From Betaproteobacteria bacterium (GTDB lineage Bacteria; Pseudomonadota; Gammaproteobacteria; Burkholderiales; JACQAP01): DNA of 38,325 bases. Shown here piece after piece: positions 36,185 to 38,325 of this stretch. Below the pieces are notes generated by a model that was not told the DNA's origin, did no database searches, and saw nothing but the letters and a program-made list of their open reading frames with translations. Position 1 is the first letter of the stretch. Each line of letters begins with the position of its first letter. The position numbers and the translations under genes are program-made. Where the stretch lies: positions 1-38,325 of the forward strand of contig JAYVMZ010000337.1 in assembly GCA_043758735.1 (NCBI GenBank). The letters are read 5' to 3'.

Positions 36185-37515
36185 TGTTTCGATTTGACCG
36201 CCCCGCGCGTTTCGCCGGTGCAGGGAAGCTGTCGCACTGTGCCGCAATGGCTGCGTGCCTCGCGATCATATTGCCGGCCTCCGCATTCGCCGCCACCCGG
36301 ATCGCTTCTGCTCGGGTCTGGCCCGCGCAGGAATACACCCGCCTCACCCTCGAATCGGTTTCCCCGATTGCCTACAATGTGTTCACCGTCGGCATGCCCG
36401 CGCGGCTTGTCCTTGACATCGAGGATGTGGAATTCAATACCGTGCTTGAGCAACTCCCCGCGAGGATCTCACCTGCCGATCCTTACGTGCGCGGTGTGCG
36501 CATCGGCCGTTACAAGCCCGGTGTCGTGCGGCTGGTTCTGGACCTGAAGAAACAAGCCAAGCCGCAGGTATTCGTGCTCAAGCCGGTTGGCGAATACGGT
36601 TATCGGCTGGTCCTCGACGTCTATCCCGCGGAGCCGGTTGATCCACTGCTCGCATTGCTGGATCCGAAAGAACCTGCGGCAAAACCCGCCACAACGGAGA
36701 AACCGGCAACAGCGGCGACCGATTTCACCGCCGACGCGCCCGTCGCCGATCCGAAGAAACCGCCCCCCGCACGCAACGTGGCAAGGCTGATCACCATTGC
36801 GATCGACGCCGGGCACGGCGGTGAAGATCCCGGCGCCAAGGGACGCGGCGGCACTTACGAAAAACACGTCACGCTTGCGATCGCCAAGCGGCTGAAGACG
36901 CTGGTGGATGCCGAGCCGAACATGAGGGGCGTGCTCATTCGCAACGGCGACTATTTCGTCAAGCTTGGCGACAGGGTCGTCAAGGCGCAAAAGGTCAGCG
37001 CCGATCTCTTCGTGTCGATCCATGCCGATGCCTTCGTCCGGTCCCACGCGCGCGGATCATCAGTCTTTGCGCTATCGGAGCGCGGCGCAACGTCGGCCGC
37101 CGCCCGCATTCTGGCGGAAAAGGAAAATCAGGCGGACCAGATAGGTGGGGTCAACCTGGACATCTACGAACCCATTCTGCAGCAAGTACTGGTGGACTTG
37201 TCGCAGACCGCAACCATCAACGACAGCCTGAAACTCGCGAAAGCCGTCCTCGGCGAGATCGGCGGCGTCAACGACTTGCACAAGTCGCATGTCGAGCAGG
37301 CCGGATTCGCCGTACTCAAGGCGCCCGACATCCCATCCATCCTCGTCGAGACCGCGTTCCTTACCAATCCCGAGGAAGAGAGAAAGCTCAAGGACGACAA
37401 GTACCAGGAGAAGATGGCGCAGGCGATCATGGTGGGCATCAGGAAATACTTCTCGGCGAATCCGCCGTTGGCCCGATCCAAGTTGGCACAAAATGAATCG
37501 CCGCGCATTCGTTGA
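36184..37515 (+). CDS. amiC: N-acetylmuramoyl-L-alanine amidase (AMIN domain, linker, Amidase_3), AmiC/AmiB type
   Basis: Signal region ending ASAFA. AMIN block RVWPAQEYTRLTLES...RLVLDI, a Pro/Ala/Lys-rich linker, then IAIDAGHGGEDPGA, SIHADA and VLVETAFLTNPEEE catalytic motifs. The ATG shares one nt with the tsaE TGA. Confidence 0.9.
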   Translation: MFRFDRPARFAGAGKLSHCAAMAACLAIILPASAFAATRIASARVWPAQEYTRLTLESVSPIAYNVFTVGMPARLVLDIEDVEFNTVLEQLPARISPADPYVRGVRIGRYKPGVVRLVLDLKKQAKPQVFVLKPVGEYGYRLVLDVYPAEPVDPLLALLDPKEPAAKPATTEKPATAATDFTADAPVADPKKPPPARNVARLITIAIDAGHGGEDPGAKGRGGTYEKHVTLAIAKRLKTLVDAEPNMRGVLIRNGDYFVKLGDRVVKAQKVSADLFVSIHADAFVRSHARGSSVFALSERGATSAAARILAEKENQADQIGGVNLDIYEPILQQVLVDLSQTATINDSLKLAKAVLGEIGGVNDLHKSHVEQAGFAVLKAPDIPSILVETAFLTNPEEERKLKDDKYQEKMAQAIMVGIRKYFSANPPLARSKLAQNESPRIR

Positions 37516-37562
37516 GCGGGCCGCATGCGGATTTACGGCGCCGTCCCCGCTGGCGGCGATCG

Positions 37563-37648
37563 GTGAACTGTAAACAGTGAACGGTTCGTTCTCAAGCAAT
37601 GGCCTATCCCGTTTTTCCCCTGTTCACGGGTCACTCATCACCGTTCAC
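37563..37648. promoter_or_regulatory. GTGAAC/GTTCAC motif quartet upstream of the MocA-like gene (candidate operator or 5'-UTR structure)
   Basis: GTGAAC at 37563 and 37577; GTTCAC at 37622 and 37643. GTGAACGG and CCGTTCAC form an exact 8-nt inverted pair. The last copy abuts the start codon. Confidence 0.35.
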
Positions 37649-37650
37649 CA

Positions 37651-38223
37651 ATGATCACCGGCATCCTGCTCGCCGCCGGCAGCGGCAGCCGCTTCGGCGG
37701 CGGCAAGCTGCTCCATCCGTTGTCCGATGGCACGCCGATCGGCGTCGCTTCGCTACGCAATCTGAAAAAAGCATTGCCCGACGTGATCGCGGTGGTCCGC
37801 AGCGGCGACAACCAGTTGCGCGATTTACTTGAGCATGAAGGCGTCGCGGTGCACGTTTGCGAAGATGCAAACCTGGGCATGGCTCGCAGCTTCACCTGCG
37901 GCATCGAGGCAAGCCGGGATGCGGAAGGCTGGATCATTGCACTGGGAGACATGCCTTTCCTGCAGCCGCAGACCATCGCGGCCGTCGTCGCGAAAGTCAC
38001 GCAAACAGGTCGCATTGCTATTGCGGCTTACCGCGGCGAACGCGGCCACCCGGTCGGGTTCGGCCGCCGTTATCGCGACGAACTGCTGAAACTTCAGGGC
38101 GACGAGGGGGCACGCCCGGTTATCGGCCGCCACCCCCGGGACCTGGACGTCATCGAATGCGACGATCGCGGCATTCTGCGAGACATCGATACGCCGGCCG
38201 ACCTCGGAAAGCCGGCCGGATAA
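37651..38223 (+). CDS. MobA/MocA-like nucleotidyltransferase (NTP_transf_3; molybdenum-cofactor cytidylyl/guanylyltransferase family)
   Basis: ITGILLAAGSGSRFGGGKLL N-terminal NTP-binding loop, LGDMPFL motif, 190 aa. Confidence 0.8.
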   Translation: MITGILLAAGSGSRFGGGKLLHPLSDGTPIGVASLRNLKKALPDVIAVVRSGDNQLRDLLEHEGVAVHVCEDANLGMARSFTCGIEASRDAEGWIIALGDMPFLQPQTIAAVVAKVTQTGRIAIAAYRGERGHPVGFGRRYRDELLKLQGDEGARPVIGRHPRDLDVIECDDRGILRDIDTPADLGKPAG

Positions 38224-38233
38224 CCCTAGTTGA

Positions 38234-38325
38234 ATAGGGGTAGGGAACGGCTCCCGCCGTCCCCTCCCTCCGAACCCGGTGTGCGGTTCTCCCGCGACGG
38301 GCTCTCCAGTCAGTTGTTTCCGCAT
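38234..38325 (-). mobile_element. 3' terminus (domains V and VI) of a group II intron, truncated by the window edge
   Basis: Minus strand reads GAGCCCGUCGCGGGAGAACCGCACACCGGGUUC: an AGC triad, an apical stem capped by a GAGAA loop, an AC at the bulge position and a GGUUC 3' strand. It is followed by GGGGACGGC-GGGA-GCCGUUCCC with an unpaired A 7 nt before ...CCCCUAU. Confidence 0.5.

Noticed and set aside
37825-38325. A 166-aa minus-strand ORF starting at the window edge (MRKQLTGEPVAGEPHTGFGGRGRREPFPTPIQLG...).
   Set aside because: Its N-terminal part is a translation of the structured intron-like RNA. The rest is antisense to the well-supported MocA-like gene. No protein motifs were seen.
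1-38325. A search for tRNA, rRNA, CRISPR repeats, integrase/transposase genes, toxin-antitoxin pairs and restriction or defence genes.
   Set aside because: I saw no cloverleaf-compatible sequences in any intergenic gap, no regularly spaced direct repeats longer than the three 12-mers at 31188, and no ORF with the corresponding motifs. This was a visual scan only; tRNAscan-SE, Infernal and a defence-system finder would be the definitive checks.

Overview
GC-rich (by eye about 60%) chromosomal segment whose gene content and order suggest a betaproteobacterium. It is mostly core metabolism and envelope housekeeping, densely packed with about 40 supportable CDS. I found no rRNA, tRNA or CRISPR array, and no recognisable defence, toxin or prophage island. 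Left to right: (1) A Porin_O_P-type porin sits downstream of a long minus-strand sulfate-assimilation operon: TauE/TSUP permease, cysI, DUF934, Fe-S-type cysH, cysD, cysN, 7Fe ferredoxin fdxA, cobA. A CysB-family regulator is divergent from it. (2) murJ and rpsT, then a DUF3579-like gene. (3) argD-argF-(secreted MORN-repeat protein)-argG, then yajQ. (4) Class-I glutamine amidotransferase, retropepsin-like protease, NIPSNAP, DAHP synthase, aldehyde dehydrogenase, DUF360/holin-4-like membrane protein, EamA transporter, DUF4124-SLT lytic transglycosylase, and an enolase-superfamily enzyme. (5) A four-gene envelope module: unknown cytoplasmic protein, COG3014-like lipoprotein, YcfL-like lipoprotein, LpoB-like lipoprotein. 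(6) A DHDPS-family gene overlapping an alkaline phosphatase gene. (7) DUF465 plus two paralogous CxxC lipoproteins. (8) ilvD, then LysR-tsaE-amiC and a MocA-like nucleotidyltransferase. (9) At the right edge, what looks like the last ~90 nt (domains V and VI) of a group II intron on the minus strand. I did not find a clearly novel multi-gene system. The most interesting items are the two poorly characterised lipoprotein modules, a structured 440-bp leader or sRNA candidate ending in a strong terminator just upstream of argD, two REP/MITE-like inverted-repeat elements, and the truncated intron. All family assignments come from motif recognition by eye, with no database search. Non-CDS coordinates may be off by 1-2 nt.
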